This document shows positions 16,947 through 27,900 of a DNA stretch of 40,249 bases, piece by piece. Position 1 is the stretch's first letter; every line of letters starts with the position of its first letter. Source of the stretch: a virus. Lineage: Duplodnaviria; Caudoviricetes. The notes beneath the pieces are model-generated. The model was not told the origin of the DNA and did no database searches. It saw only the letters and a list, made by a program, of their open reading frames with translations. Position numbers and translations under genes: made by a program. The stretch is from the IMG/VR virus record IMGVR_UViG_3300006164_000018, positions 1 through 40,249 of that record; one strand, written 5' to 3'.

Positions 16947-19075
16947 ACCCGTATGTAGGTGTACCGTATGTATATGTCTCTAGAAATAGAGAAAAACTTG
17001 AGTCTTTACTTGAGAGTGGGAAAGCTCCATCTAAAAAGGATGGGCTAAAACTTTCCTCAGGTGACAAGAACTTCTTATCATTCACTTCAGAGTTCAGGCA
17101 TGAGTCTGCTAGTGATAGTGCCATTATAGCCACGTTAGAACTTATAGATACAGACAGAAAATTTGAAGAATTCTTCATAGAAGATGCTTTAGTAATAGGT
17201 GCTAGTTATGGTGTAGTTTATTACTTTGCTTTTGGTATGGGTAATGGACCTTCTCCTATACATGCTATGACTCTTATAGGATTAGTTAATAGAGATGATA
17301 ATAGTGGTTTACGTAAGATCGTAATGAGGTTTGTCACGGGAGCAGGGGGAAGTCCTTATGATTATAATCAGAAAGGTCTACAAAATAGTGAATATACTAC
17401 CTCTAAAGATTTAAAGGTAGAGTTATTTAGTGCTGTAGAAAAGAGTCCCTCGGATGGAAGAATATGGACTACTGAAGGTAGAACTATAACTGAATTTAAC
17501 TATCTATATGAACAAAGTATAGAGAAGTTAGCAGCTAGGTACACAGATAAACCAGTTATTGTTTTACTACCTTCTTTAAAGCACCACCTAAATAGGTTAT
17601 CAAAAAGGCAGTTTAAAAACTGGTGGGTTAGTTTTATTAGAGGTAAAACTCTTACAGAAGATTATAACATAACAGTAGGCTACTTTAATAGTTTAGGATT
17701 TGAAGTAGCGCATAAACTTATAACTACTATTGATGTCCCCGCGTCACCAGGCATGTCTTTTGTAGGAGGTGAGAAGACGAGGACATACAAAGAATTTGAT
17801 AAGGATGAAAAAAATAAACCTATTTACGTAACTTGGAATGATGATATAACTAAATCAGGAATTTCATTAAAAGCTGCCGTAACTGATATATTCTCTAAAT
17901 TAAATGAACTATCGGATTACGTTTTTGAGTTAGATATGGTATGGGTATCTGATCAAAAAGTTATTCAAATTTTAAATGGTGGTGAAAGTTCAAATGAAAG
18001 GGTGAGATCCACACTTCAAAATTCTCTATTTCCCTCCATATATAATTCTTGGAAAAATAACGGATATTCTTTACCCTCTGAGGTTTTAGTTATCGGGGAT
18101 AAGAATACTATAAACTCTGTTCTATATGGGGCTGAAACTAATATACTAGTAAAGAAAGCTATTATAAATACTGAAACAGAGCAACCCGAATTTGACGAGT
18201 CAGGAAATGCCTTATTTTCATCGTCAGAAGTGCCTTTGGATATAAAGAACTATACTACTAAAGGTATGCATAAGGAGCTATGGGAATACCATAGTAAAGT
18301 TTTAAGACCTACTAAAAACGATTCTATTTTCAGAGCGTTCTTTAATCATGATAAGGAAGTAAAAGCATTTATAAAAAATGCTTTAGATACTACAGGTCAC
18401 GGTGACGCTCTTGATGATATGTTAAGTACTATTCCATTACTTAAATATAATGAGAAAAATTCTAATATCCTTAATATGACTGTACAGAAAGATAATCAAT
18501 TCTTTGCTACTTTACTTTCAATATACTCTAACTTGTCTAAAGCTAAGGAAGATTTAACAGACATACTTGAACCTTTTCTAATATCTAATAAAGTAACTCC
18601 TAACACAAATACTAATAGTTTAAATGGGGATGAGATTAAGAATAGAGTTTTAGAACTTTATATTTTAGCTAAATATAATAGTCAACTATTTACAGTTAGA
18701 GTAAAAACTCTACCCTTATTTACTTTCTCATCTCCTGCTATTGTGGGTACTGGATTGATGGGCATGATAGGTAATGGATTAAAGATATCAGGTAAGTACA
18801 ACTTAAAGCCAAGTCCATTAGATAGAATCTATACAGGACTATGGAATATTTTTGGATACAAACACGTTATATCAAGTAGAGAAGTTTATTCTGAGTTTAC
18901 CTTAATAAGAAAGAACGCAAATATGTTTAACTCTGGATTTGTACAAGGTCAGTTTAAGGAGCAAGAGGATGCTAGACTAAAACGTGAAGAAGAAGAACTT
19001 AAAGAAAAATTAGACTCTGCCTCTCGTTCTCAACACAATACATATTTTGAGAAGGTCGAGCCCTGGGAAAACTAA
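16943..19075 (+). CDS. Putative baseplate hub protein (gp27/gpD-like)
   Basis: Lies between LysM and spike genes; C-terminal YTGLWNIFGYKHVIS..VYSEFTLIR matches the hub-type terminal strands. Confidence 0.55.
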   Translation: MNPYVGVPYVYVSRNREKLESLLESGKAPSKKDGLKLSSGDKNFLSFTSEFRHESASDSAIIATLELIDTDRKFEEFFIEDALVIGASYGVVYYFAFGMGNGPSPIHAMTLIGLVNRDDNSGLRKIVMRFVTGAGGSPYDYNQKGLQNSEYTTSKDLKVELFSAVEKSPSDGRIWTTEGRTITEFNYLYEQSIEKLAARYTDKPVIVLLPSLKHHLNRLSKRQFKNWWVSFIRGKTLTEDYNITVGYFNSLGFEVAHKLITTIDVPASPGMSFVGGEKTRTYKEFDKDEKNKPIYVTWNDDITKSGISLKAAVTDIFSKLNELSDYVFELDMVWVSDQKVIQILNGGESSNERVRSTLQNSLFPSIYNSWKNNGYSLPSEVLVIGDKNTINSVLYGAETNILVKKAIINTETEQPEFDESGNALFSSSEVPLDIKNYTTKGMHKELWEYHSKVLRPTKNDSIFRAFFNHDKEVKAFIKNALDTTGHGDALDDMLSTIPLLKYNEKNSNILNMTVQKDNQFFATLLSIYSNLSKAKEDLTDILEPFLISNKVTPNTNTNSLNGDEIKNRVLELYILAKYNSQLFTVRVKTLPLFTFSSPAIVGTGLMGMIGNGLKISGKYNLKPSPLDRIYTGLWNIFGYKHVISSREVYSEFTLIRKNANMFNSGFVQGQFKEQEDARLKREEEELKEKLDSASRSQHNTYFEKVEPWEN

Positions 19076-20370
19076 TGATTATTAAAAAAGTAAAAATAGT
19101 TCACGAAGGGGATATATCTGAAAATGGTATGCTTGATGTAATAGATGCTGATACGGAGGATCCGATGACGATCTTTTATACCACCCCCTTTGGAGCAACT
19201 AAGCATGGAGGATTTGTAGCTATACCGATATTCGGTCAACTATGTCTAGCCTGTTCACCAGACGGTTCGGATAATTCTTGGTATTATATGTCTTCTATTT
19301 ATGGTAAAGATACTATCCCTAATGTAGATATGGGAGAGGATGTTGAATATTATTCCCCTGGAGATTTAGCCACAGGCGATAAGGATACAACTTTACCTAA
19401 AAAATCCAACCCTTATAATAAGCTAGGTATTCCCGATAAATACTCATGGATTACTCCTGCTGGAAATGGAATTGAGTTAAGGGACGGTAATGCTAGTGGT
19501 AGTAATCCTGCTGTTACTCTTAAAAGCCAAAAAGGTAAGATAATTCAACTTAACGATGGGTTTGAAGGAGACGCTATTGTCATTCAGAATGAGCATGGCG
19601 ACAGAATATCAATAAATAATAGGTTTAATTGTGAGTCAGGAGCTAGAGGTATTACTCTTATATGTAAAGGTAATATTCACATGGAGGCTTCTAATGAATC
19701 CTTAAATCTTAAAGTTGTACAGGGTAAAGAGATTCACATTGAAAACTTTTCTCATAATGCAAATCAGGCAGCTAATATTAATATAACATCCCATAATGGA
19801 GATGTTAATCTAAATGCTTATGGTAAGGATAGTGAGATAAATCTAATTACAAAGCATACAACAGCCCCTATTAATCTTAAATCAGGTGGCGATATTAATT
19901 TAGAGGCCGAAGGAAGCGTAAATATAAAAAGTAAAGGAGATATATGTTTAGCTTCTATAGCAACTACTATATTTGAAAGCCCAAGTTTCCTTTTTAATAA
20001 TGTAGATCTGGATACGGCAATATCATCGGCAGCAGCAGACATGCCCATGCCTTTACTATATGGATTACTTCCTGTAACATTAGTAAGTGATTTAGAGGAT
20101 GATGAAGTGGACGAGATTCATTTAACTCACCCTCTTGTTTCCCTCAGCATACCGTTCCCATTTTCTCCTGTAGATGGTATTGCTACTATTAATGATTCAG
20201 AGATTATAACTTATAAAACAGCAAATATTAAAGATGGTATTTTATATGAGATAACTAGAGGAGCATATGGAACTAAAGCCGAGAAACATTCAGCAATGGA
20301 TTCTGTATACTCTTCTTTTGCAAACAAATATTATTCACTAATATTCCCTGAAAACGACTACAATAATTAA
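19075..20370 (+). CDS. Central spike (gp5/gpV/VgrG-like) with C-terminal extra domain
   Basis: OB-fold-like GGFVAIPIFGQLCL, then TPAGNGIEL.D and beta-helix repeats INLKSGGDINLEAEGSVNIKSKGDI. Confidence 0.7.
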   Translation: MIIKKVKIVHEGDISENGMLDVIDADTEDPMTIFYTTPFGATKHGGFVAIPIFGQLCLACSPDGSDNSWYYMSSIYGKDTIPNVDMGEDVEYYSPGDLATGDKDTTLPKKSNPYNKLGIPDKYSWITPAGNGIELRDGNASGSNPAVTLKSQKGKIIQLNDGFEGDAIVIQNEHGDRISINNRFNCESGARGITLICKGNIHMEASNESLNLKVVQGKEIHIENFSHNANQAANINITSHNGDVNLNAYGKDSEINLITKHTTAPINLKSGGDINLEAEGSVNIKSKGDICLASIATTIFESPSFLFNNVDLDTAISSAAADMPMPLLYGLLPVTLVSDLEDDEVDEIHLTHPLVSLSIPFPFSPVDGIATINDSEIITYKTANIKDGILYEITRGAYGTKAEKHSAMDSVYSSFANKYYSLIFPENDYNN

Positions 20371-20372
20371 TT

Positions 20373-22898
20373 ATGTCAGACTATCAAAAATTCACAGAAG
20401 AGTTTAGTACCTTTGGTAAAGATCTAGACACTATAGATAAGATTACAAGTGAAGCGGATATATTCGCAAACATTAACACTATTTTTGGTGTGCCTATGTG
20501 TGCATTAGATATGGTTAAAAGTGCAGCTATTGGATTACTGCCTAATACTTTTTTAATAAATGTTTCTGATAAATTTAAAGAGGGTAAGGACTCTGCATAC
20601 AATTCCAAAAACTCCGAAATTCAAAATGTATTTTTACAAAATGGATTATACACCTATGACCCAGAAACGGGTAAATTCTCTTGGGGCAACAAGAATGAGA
20701 ATAGTAAAATAGATAAAGATGATATAGGATTCTTTGAGGAAATGAGTGGCGCACTCGCTGATATTCAAGGGAATGTTGATTTTTATGTAGACATGATTCA
20801 GGGTACAGTTGAGCAGATTGAAAACGTGATGGATTGTGTATCTCAATATATGGCTTGGAATGCTAGTAAAGGATTAAAAAAGCCCTACTTTGATTTTGGT
20901 GGGGGTACAGAGAAGGCATTAAATAATAAGATAGATGAGCTTGATAATTTTATCGCTCAAATGGAAGAAGGAATGATTGCAATTAATGTTGAGCTAACTA
21001 AAAGAGCATTAGACCCCACAGCAGAACCTTTACTATTAAGTTCAAGTAGTATAGAAGTCGATCCCTCTCCTTTCCGATTAGTATACGGACCGCCCAAATC
21101 AACCACTGGGCAATTCGTTTTATCTATTGATGGTATTTATTACGATTCCCAGTCAGGTGGAATTCCTTTCTTAGATGTAGACGAGTCAACCTTTATGGCT
21201 TCTGGTGAGTTCCCTGATGAAGAAGACAAGTGGAAACTTAAGTATCACCCTAGTCTTGGGGGTAAAGGCGAAGTTATTACTATTGAATCAACTAAGGAAT
21301 ATGTAGATACTGTATTTTCACTAGAAGTTATTGATGATTCTTTAAGTATACAAAAGTTTTATGATACTGATCCTCTTCTTAATAAAATTATTGGACAGAA
21401 AAATATAGAAGTATCCACATTAAAGAATCATATAGATGAATTATTAGTAACATACTCTGAAGATTCAGCCCTTGTAGTTAATGGTAGGCAATCACTTCAA
21501 TCCATAGCTGCTAAGTATAGTGAGAAGATTAATAAGCGTAAGAAGCAAATCGAACTATACGTAAAATTTGAGCCCAATGTTAAGGGTGGAGACTCCATTC
21601 CTGTAAACGATTTTACTTATATTACTAATGAAGCTATAGTTCCTGAACTAGCTAAACAAGAGAAACTTATTTTTAGACAAGGTGAACTGGACGGTGTTGT
21701 ACTCCCAGTTAAGCCCAAGTTCGTAAAAGCTATAGATTCACATAAGGTATCAAGCTTCGCTCATCTATCTGTTGGAGATATTGGAAGCGGTGAAGTAATT
21801 AATATGAGTAACTATGATTCCTCAACCGGAACACTTATGAATCTTACAGATGAAATAACATCTGATGGACTTATATCTGTATATAACTTCCTTCAATCTA
21901 ATATAGGAAGTATTAAATCTAGTTATGATTATAAGGATTACAAATCAATTAACTCCGCGTCTGAAGATAACTTTTCCCAGATAGTAGGTGATAGTTCTGC
22001 ACTCTTCGTAAGCGGATTAAGTATCCCCTTTATTGATGGCATATATAGCAGTTCTTATATGCTCCTTCCAGACACAGCAGAATTTCAAGATCTTACTTAT
22101 AAGAAAGCAGGTTTCACAGTAGACTTGTGGACACATATGGATAATCTTAACAATGCAGCATCATGGGGAGATAAATCTTATAGAAGGGTCCTTCTGTCTT
22201 GTGATAATGTCGGAGGCACTGCAAACGATTACACAACTAGCACCCTAATTCTTGAGAAAGACTCAACTAATGTCAGAGGACTACAGATGGGCTTTGCGAC
22301 TCACAGGCAACTCGGGAAAGGTCTTCCTGTAAGCGAAGTGGACGCTGATAATGGGCCTGACGATCAACTTGTGTTTTATATGGCCCCAACCCAATCTTAT
22401 GGTACATCTAGTGTAGGCTTTACTAATAAAACTGATAATAATGATTGTATCATAACTGAAAATGATCTTAATGGTATTGTAGTTGATACTTCTACTGTTG
22501 TGGGTGGGGTACAGTTTAATGATGCTTCTGGTGCATTTGTACATATAGCAGTAAGTGTAAATCCTTTAGATAACTTAGTAAAAGTTTATTTAGATTCTGT
22601 ATTAATGACATCTGGTACAATGAATGAAGTATTTGGTGTAAAGGATTATTCTACTGCTCAACTACCAAGTATTAGTGTTAGCGGAAGTTATAATCCTGTA
22701 ACGGGACCTCCTTTAAATCCTTCACTATTTACTCCTTGGGTAGTAGGAAGTAGTTTTGTAGATATACAGCAAGGATTAAATTCAGGATATAAAGCCCACA
22801 TAGGAAGTTTGAAATTTTACTCAAGATCTCTAGATAATAGTGAGATCCTAGCAAACTTTAATGCACAAAAAGGATACTTTAAAAACATATCAATCTAA
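20373..22898 (+). CDS. Baseplate-associated protein with C-terminal LamG/ConA-like domain
   Basis: FTVDLW, FVHIAVS, VKVYLD and IGSLKFYSRSL..SEI..NFNA LamG motifs; helical/coiled-coil N-terminal half. Confidence 0.7.
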   Translation: MSDYQKFTEEFSTFGKDLDTIDKITSEADIFANINTIFGVPMCALDMVKSAAIGLLPNTFLINVSDKFKEGKDSAYNSKNSEIQNVFLQNGLYTYDPETGKFSWGNKNENSKIDKDDIGFFEEMSGALADIQGNVDFYVDMIQGTVEQIENVMDCVSQYMAWNASKGLKKPYFDFGGGTEKALNNKIDELDNFIAQMEEGMIAINVELTKRALDPTAEPLLLSSSSIEVDPSPFRLVYGPPKSTTGQFVLSIDGIYYDSQSGGIPFLDVDESTFMASGEFPDEEDKWKLKYHPSLGGKGEVITIESTKEYVDTVFSLEVIDDSLSIQKFYDTDPLLNKIIGQKNIEVSTLKNHIDELLVTYSEDSALVVNGRQSLQSIAAKYSEKINKRKKQIELYVKFEPNVKGGDSIPVNDFTYITNEAIVPELAKQEKLIFRQGELDGVVLPVKPKFVKAIDSHKVSSFAHLSVGDIGSGEVINMSNYDSSTGTLMNLTDEITSDGLISVYNFLQSNIGSIKSSYDYKDYKSINSASEDNFSQIVGDSSALFVSGLSIPFIDGIYSSSYMLLPDTAEFQDLTYKKAGFTVDLWTHMDNLNNAASWGDKSYRRVLLSCDNVGGTANDYTTSTLILEKDSTNVRGLQMGFATHRQLGKGLPVSEVDADNGPDDQLVFYMAPTQSYGTSSVGFTNKTDNNDCIITENDLNGIVVDTSTVVGGVQFNDASGAFVHIAVSVNPLDNLVKVYLDSVLMTSGTMNEVFGVKDYSTAQLPSISVSGSYNPVTGPPLNPSLFTPWVVGSSFVDIQQGLNSGYKAHIGSLKFYSRSLDNSEILANFNAQKGYFKNISI

Positions 22899-23344
22899 TG
22901 GCAACAATCAGTTACGGCAAAAAAGTTAGTGTAGAGGCTATAAACTCTCCTAAAGCAACTAAAAAGAAGCTTTTTGGTCTTTCATATCCGTTTAGACCCT
23001 CCGCAAAAGGGTATATGACTAAACAGACAGGCACTATCTTAATACGAGGAAATATATCACAATTATTAAAAACTTCTATAGGAGAGAGGGTAATGCTTCC
23101 TGATTACGGAACTAACTTAGAACGTTTCGTATTTGAGCCACTAGATGAGACAACAGCAGACCAGATTAGAGATCACGTATTAGAAGTTTTAGCTGCTTAT
23201 GCTCCTGAAGTTGATGTTGTTAAGTTTGGTGTTTTTGAGGCATCCAAAGTAAACTACAGAGGTCTTTCTGGATTTGTAGTAAAACTAGGACTTAAAATAA
23301 GAGATACGGGTCAAACTACAGACCTTGAGGTAAAAATAGGATAA
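22898..23344 (+). CDS. Baseplate wedge / sheath initiator (gp25/gpW-like)
   Basis: LLKTSIGERVMLPDYGTNL...VFEPLD signature. Confidence 0.92.
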   Translation: MATISYGKKVSVEAINSPKATKKKLFGLSYPFRPSAKGYMTKQTGTILIRGNISQLLKTSIGERVMLPDYGTNLERFVFEPLDETTADQIRDHVLEVLAAYAPEVDVVKFGVFEASKVNYRGLSGFVVKLGLKIRDTGQTTDLEVKIG

Positions 23345-24924
23345 TGACTACTAATTTAACAACAACATCTGACTTTATTAAGCTTTTAGCTAATAGAGAT
23401 ACAGAAAAGATTGAATTTATTGACTTCGCAGCGACTGACTTTAACTCGTTACTAACTGCGCTTACGGATTATGTGAAAGCATTCTACCCCCAGGATTATA
23501 ATAACTTTTCCGAATCTGACTTAGGAGTATTTCTTATTGAGCTTGTAGCTTACATGGGTTCAGTAATGTCAATGAAGGCAGATATGCTTGCTCATGAAAA
23601 CTTCCTTCAAACAGCTAAGAATAGAAACAACGTAAGAAAATTACTTGAGCTTGTGGGTGTTTCTATGAAAGGACCTATTTCGGCAGTAGCTAATGCAACT
23701 TTAACTTTAGACGCTTCATCTGGAGAAGACATTAGTATTCAACCTGCTAGTAGAGCTATAGTGATAACTTCCCCTGAAGATAAGGCTCCTCTTAACTATA
23801 CCCTTTATAAAACTGTAAACGGTGTAATTGATGATGTAAACTCTGATGGGGTTATTTCTCTTGCGGTAGCTGATTCTGAATCTTCTGGATCACTAATATG
23901 GAATAATTTAGCCTTACTTGAAGGATCTTTAATTAGTCAAAGTGGAGTATTTACTGCTGACAATACAATTCAAACTATCGCATTAACTGAAACTCCTATT
24001 GCGGAGAAGAGTGTTCAAGTTTATATCGGTCATGGGTCTTCTGCTTCTGGAGCTTGGGTTGAGGCAGAAAATCTTTACTTTGCATCAGGAAGCGACGATA
24101 AGATTTTCCAAGTATCTTATAATGATGACTTTACATCTACAATAACCTTTGGTGACGGAAACTCAGGAAAGAACGTTCCAGCAGGAGCAACTTACCAAGT
24201 GTTCTATAGAGCAGGGGGTGGATCAAGAGGTAATATTTCTAACGGATCTATAAATACAATTATATCAACTGGTGGTACATCAACAGAACATCCTGGGGTA
24301 ATGTCAAATAGTTCTATTGCAACAGGTGGATCGGATGCTGAAAGTGTGGAATCAGCTAAAAAATATGCTCCGTTAACATTTAAAACACAGAATAGATTAG
24401 TAACTCTTGAGGATTATAACACTTTCGCTAATACGTTCATTGGTCCTACGGGATCATCTGCTAAAGCCACGGTAGCAACTAGAAAAGCTTATGGCTCTGC
24501 TAACATTATTGACTTTTATCTCCTTGAGAAAGCTAGTGATATTCAACTACAGAAAGCTAGTGTTAGTTTCAAAAACGCTATGATTGCTGAGATTGAGCTT
24601 AAAAAGATGATAACTGATGAAATTGTTATTGTTGATGGTCTTATTAGGACTATTGATTTATCTATTACACTTAAAATTGATAAATTTATTGGAAGAAGAG
24701 AAGAGGCTATTAAGGCATCTGTAGCCCAAAAGGTACAAGATTACTTTAAAGCAGACAACAGAGATTTTGGGGAAGACTTATCTATTGGTAGTTTAAATAG
24801 AGTTATCTTCGACGTACAGGATGTAAGATTCGCTACGATTGACAACTTTTCTGATGACGTAACTATTGAGTTTAATGAGATTATTCAACTAAACAACTTA
24901 ACTCTCACAATTAATAAAGTCTAA
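23344..24924 (+). CDS. Baseplate wedge protein (T4 gp6 / baseplate J-like)
   Basis: DFNSL, ELVAY, ENFLQTA, ITFGDG..G, GG.D.ES and QNRLVTLEDY. Confidence 0.92.
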   Translation: MTTNLTTTSDFIKLLANRDTEKIEFIDFAATDFNSLLTALTDYVKAFYPQDYNNFSESDLGVFLIELVAYMGSVMSMKADMLAHENFLQTAKNRNNVRKLLELVGVSMKGPISAVANATLTLDASSGEDISIQPASRAIVITSPEDKAPLNYTLYKTVNGVIDDVNSDGVISLAVADSESSGSLIWNNLALLEGSLISQSGVFTADNTIQTIALTETPIAEKSVQVYIGHGSSASGAWVEAENLYFASGSDDKIFQVSYNDDFTSTITFGDGNSGKNVPAGATYQVFYRAGGGSRGNISNGSINTIISTGGTSTEHPGVMSNSSIATGGSDAESVESAKKYAPLTFKTQNRLVTLEDYNTFANTFIGPTGSSAKATVATRKAYGSANIIDFYLLEKASDIQLQKASVSFKNAMIAEIELKKMITDEIVIVDGLIRTIDLSITLKIDKFIGRREEAIKASVAQKVQDYFKADNRDFGEDLSIGSLNRVIFDVQDVRFATIDNFSDDVTIEFNEIIQLNNLTLTINKV

Positions 24925-27900
24925 TGGCTAAGAACTACTACAAGAGAAACTACGTAGATGTAGTAGAAATCATAACACCTAACTTCTATCTTGATGAAGA
25001 TATTAGTGCAAGTGGAATGGAGATTGATCCTATTTTACAGGTTATTAATGGTCATATATTAGCCGCTAATAATATTAGTTCTATTATACCTTCTCTTACG
25101 GTAAGTTCTTTAGCTGCAATTTCTCCTTATTTTATTAAACAGAATAAGCTTACAACTATTAATACTTATGATTTTCAAAGTTCAATCCTAGATAATTTGG
25201 GAGTGAAGATCGGAAACTTTGAAAGTAGCGCAGCATTCAAAACTTATCTAGATGACACTTTACTTCCTACTATTAATACAGGAAGTCCTACATCTTATAC
25301 AGACGCATACTTAATAGATAATTTATCATGGGTATATTTCCTTAATACTTCTGGAGATACATATGATCCTTCATCGGATATTGGCACATTAATAGCTGAA
25401 AAATTATTCTCTAACAAAGAGATTACAATTACAGATGGTATAGAGTTATTCACAAAGTATATATGGAAAAACTATAGTACCTTATCCGCTATTGATTCTA
25501 CTATAATTCCTGATGATTTTGTACAAGGTACTGAAACTTATACAAGTGGAGATCAAGGATTAAACAATATTACTACTCTTGTAAAGCTAATTTACAATAT
25601 TTCATACGCAGATAACTCAGACACTAAAGTTGGGGAGTTATTTACTGATTACATTGCCACTGGATATTTATCAAAGGATACAATAAGTAAAGGAGCTTTC
25701 TTTAGATTTCTTAGATCTATTGCCACAGCTATATCAGATGTTAATGATCATGTAGAAGATATTGAAGCCATCTACAATATTGAAAAGTGCCCTTCTTATC
25801 AATTACCTCTTATTGCTAATCTTATTGGATGGAAGCTTTTTGGGGAGAATGATCTAAATCATAGACTACAACTGAGAAACGCTGTCTCAGTTTATAAAAG
25901 GAAAGGTACTAAAGCAGGTATACAACTAGCTATTGATTCAGTCCTGCCTTCTAATACGTTTGAAGTATCTTCTATCGTGGATACATTATATGAATCGTAT
26001 CTTCCCAATCTTATTCAATATGCCTTAGTAACTGATTCAAGTTCATTTGATTCACTCTCAACTTGGACTAAGGAATTAGCTGTAAAGACAGAAGTAGTAC
26101 ATTACTCCTATAGTGATATTACAGAGAATATACAGCATGTAGTAGATAAAATTATACTTGATTTATACTTAAAGTTCCCCGAGAACTTTATTTTTGATAA
26201 TAAACTATTCGATCCAGAAGCCTCCTACTCATACAGGGGAAAGGTATTACCTATTCCCCCTTATGATGACGAGAAGTTTTATGTACAGTGCCAATTAACA
26301 AAGGAACTACTAAATTATTTACACAGTAGATTAACTTGCTTTGGGGTAACGGAGTCTTTTGCTACTCAAGTTACTAATTATATTAAGAATAATACTATAT
26401 TGAGTAAGGATAGACTTTCAATAGATGGGACGTTTATGTTTCATACTAGTTCTTATCAATCACCCCCTAACTATGATGACGTTGTAGCTAGTTTATCAGT
26501 GAAAGATATTAATAGTATGGGTCTATGGAATGCTAAATCATCTCACTTTAATGTATTTCTTGATACTAGTTCTTATAACTTCTCCTCTCTTAACTTAGCT
26601 TCGGATACTGGAGAAGCTATTGTTGAGTTAGCCCGAACAGTAAACGATTTCTCTCCTGCCCACTCTATACCTGTAGTTGATTTATTTACGAATATTACGG
26701 ATACTGTAACGTACTTAGGTTACTTTTGTAACAGGGTTGATGTAGCCTCTAAAGAGTTTGTATCTTATACTTATGGGTCTTCTGCTGTAGATATGAGTGC
26801 AGGAGCTTCTACATTCCTAAGGGCATCCACAGACCAATTTACTGATTCTTTACTTAATTCTTCTGTAGCAATATCATCTCCTAGAAATGCTGTTAGGAGA
26901 AGAAACCTTAAAAACTTATTAGAGCATAAGAGTAGTTACTCCAGAACGGGATTTAATCAGCCTGTAGCTGTAGAACCAAGTGCAACTGCATACAATGGAA
27001 TTACATTAGGGTTTATTCCATCAAGTCTATCCTTTGCTGATACGTCTATTATAAACTTAAAAGGGGTTTATAATATATGTAATAAACTTACATCTGATAA
27101 TTCTTTCTTTGGCGTGGATGTAAGTAACTGTTCCCCCCTAAGAGGAGTTGCTGATATTGAGGTTTCTTCTTGCTTACAATACGTTATACATGGAGATACT
27201 GATGAATATATTGCACTTATTCACAAGTTATATTGGGATAAACTAGTTCAACAGGGAGAGTATATCGTAGAACATAATTACGAGCCTTTCTTTGCGTCAA
27301 GTGTTTGGGAGAAACATTCTCATAATCAAGCTGCGATTTTAGCATCTACTTTAGTATCTGTAGAGGACTTTGAATTAGGTTCGCCCATCCATAGACTTTA
27401 TAATGATTATACTGATAAGTTTGGTAAGCACTCACTTACATCTTTCTATAAAAATTATCTAGACGGAGGAAAGGATATATTTTCCCATACATTTGGAAAA
27501 CTATTCTTTAACGGTAATTTAGAAACACTAGGAATAGAAACTAGCTATCAAACTACATCTTTAAGGGATATTAAAGAAATCTCTGCTAATGAAGGGTCAG
27601 GCTTACTTAGTGAAACAGGGTCAAATACTTATGTAGCTTCATCAACTAGCTCAGTTTATGTGGATAACTTTGAACTTCGTAACGCTCATGTGGTCAGCGG
27701 GATTGAGCTAGTAACCACTTCTGCTACATCTAATAATAACGTATTTGAATACATAGCATTACCAAAAGATCTTACGAAGAGCCATATCTATAGCACTAAC
27801 TTCATTACATCTAAAGCTATAAACGGTTTCCCTAGAATACGATTTGACTTATCAACTTATGTGGATAACTTACTTACTCCTGAACATAACTTTAGTATTG

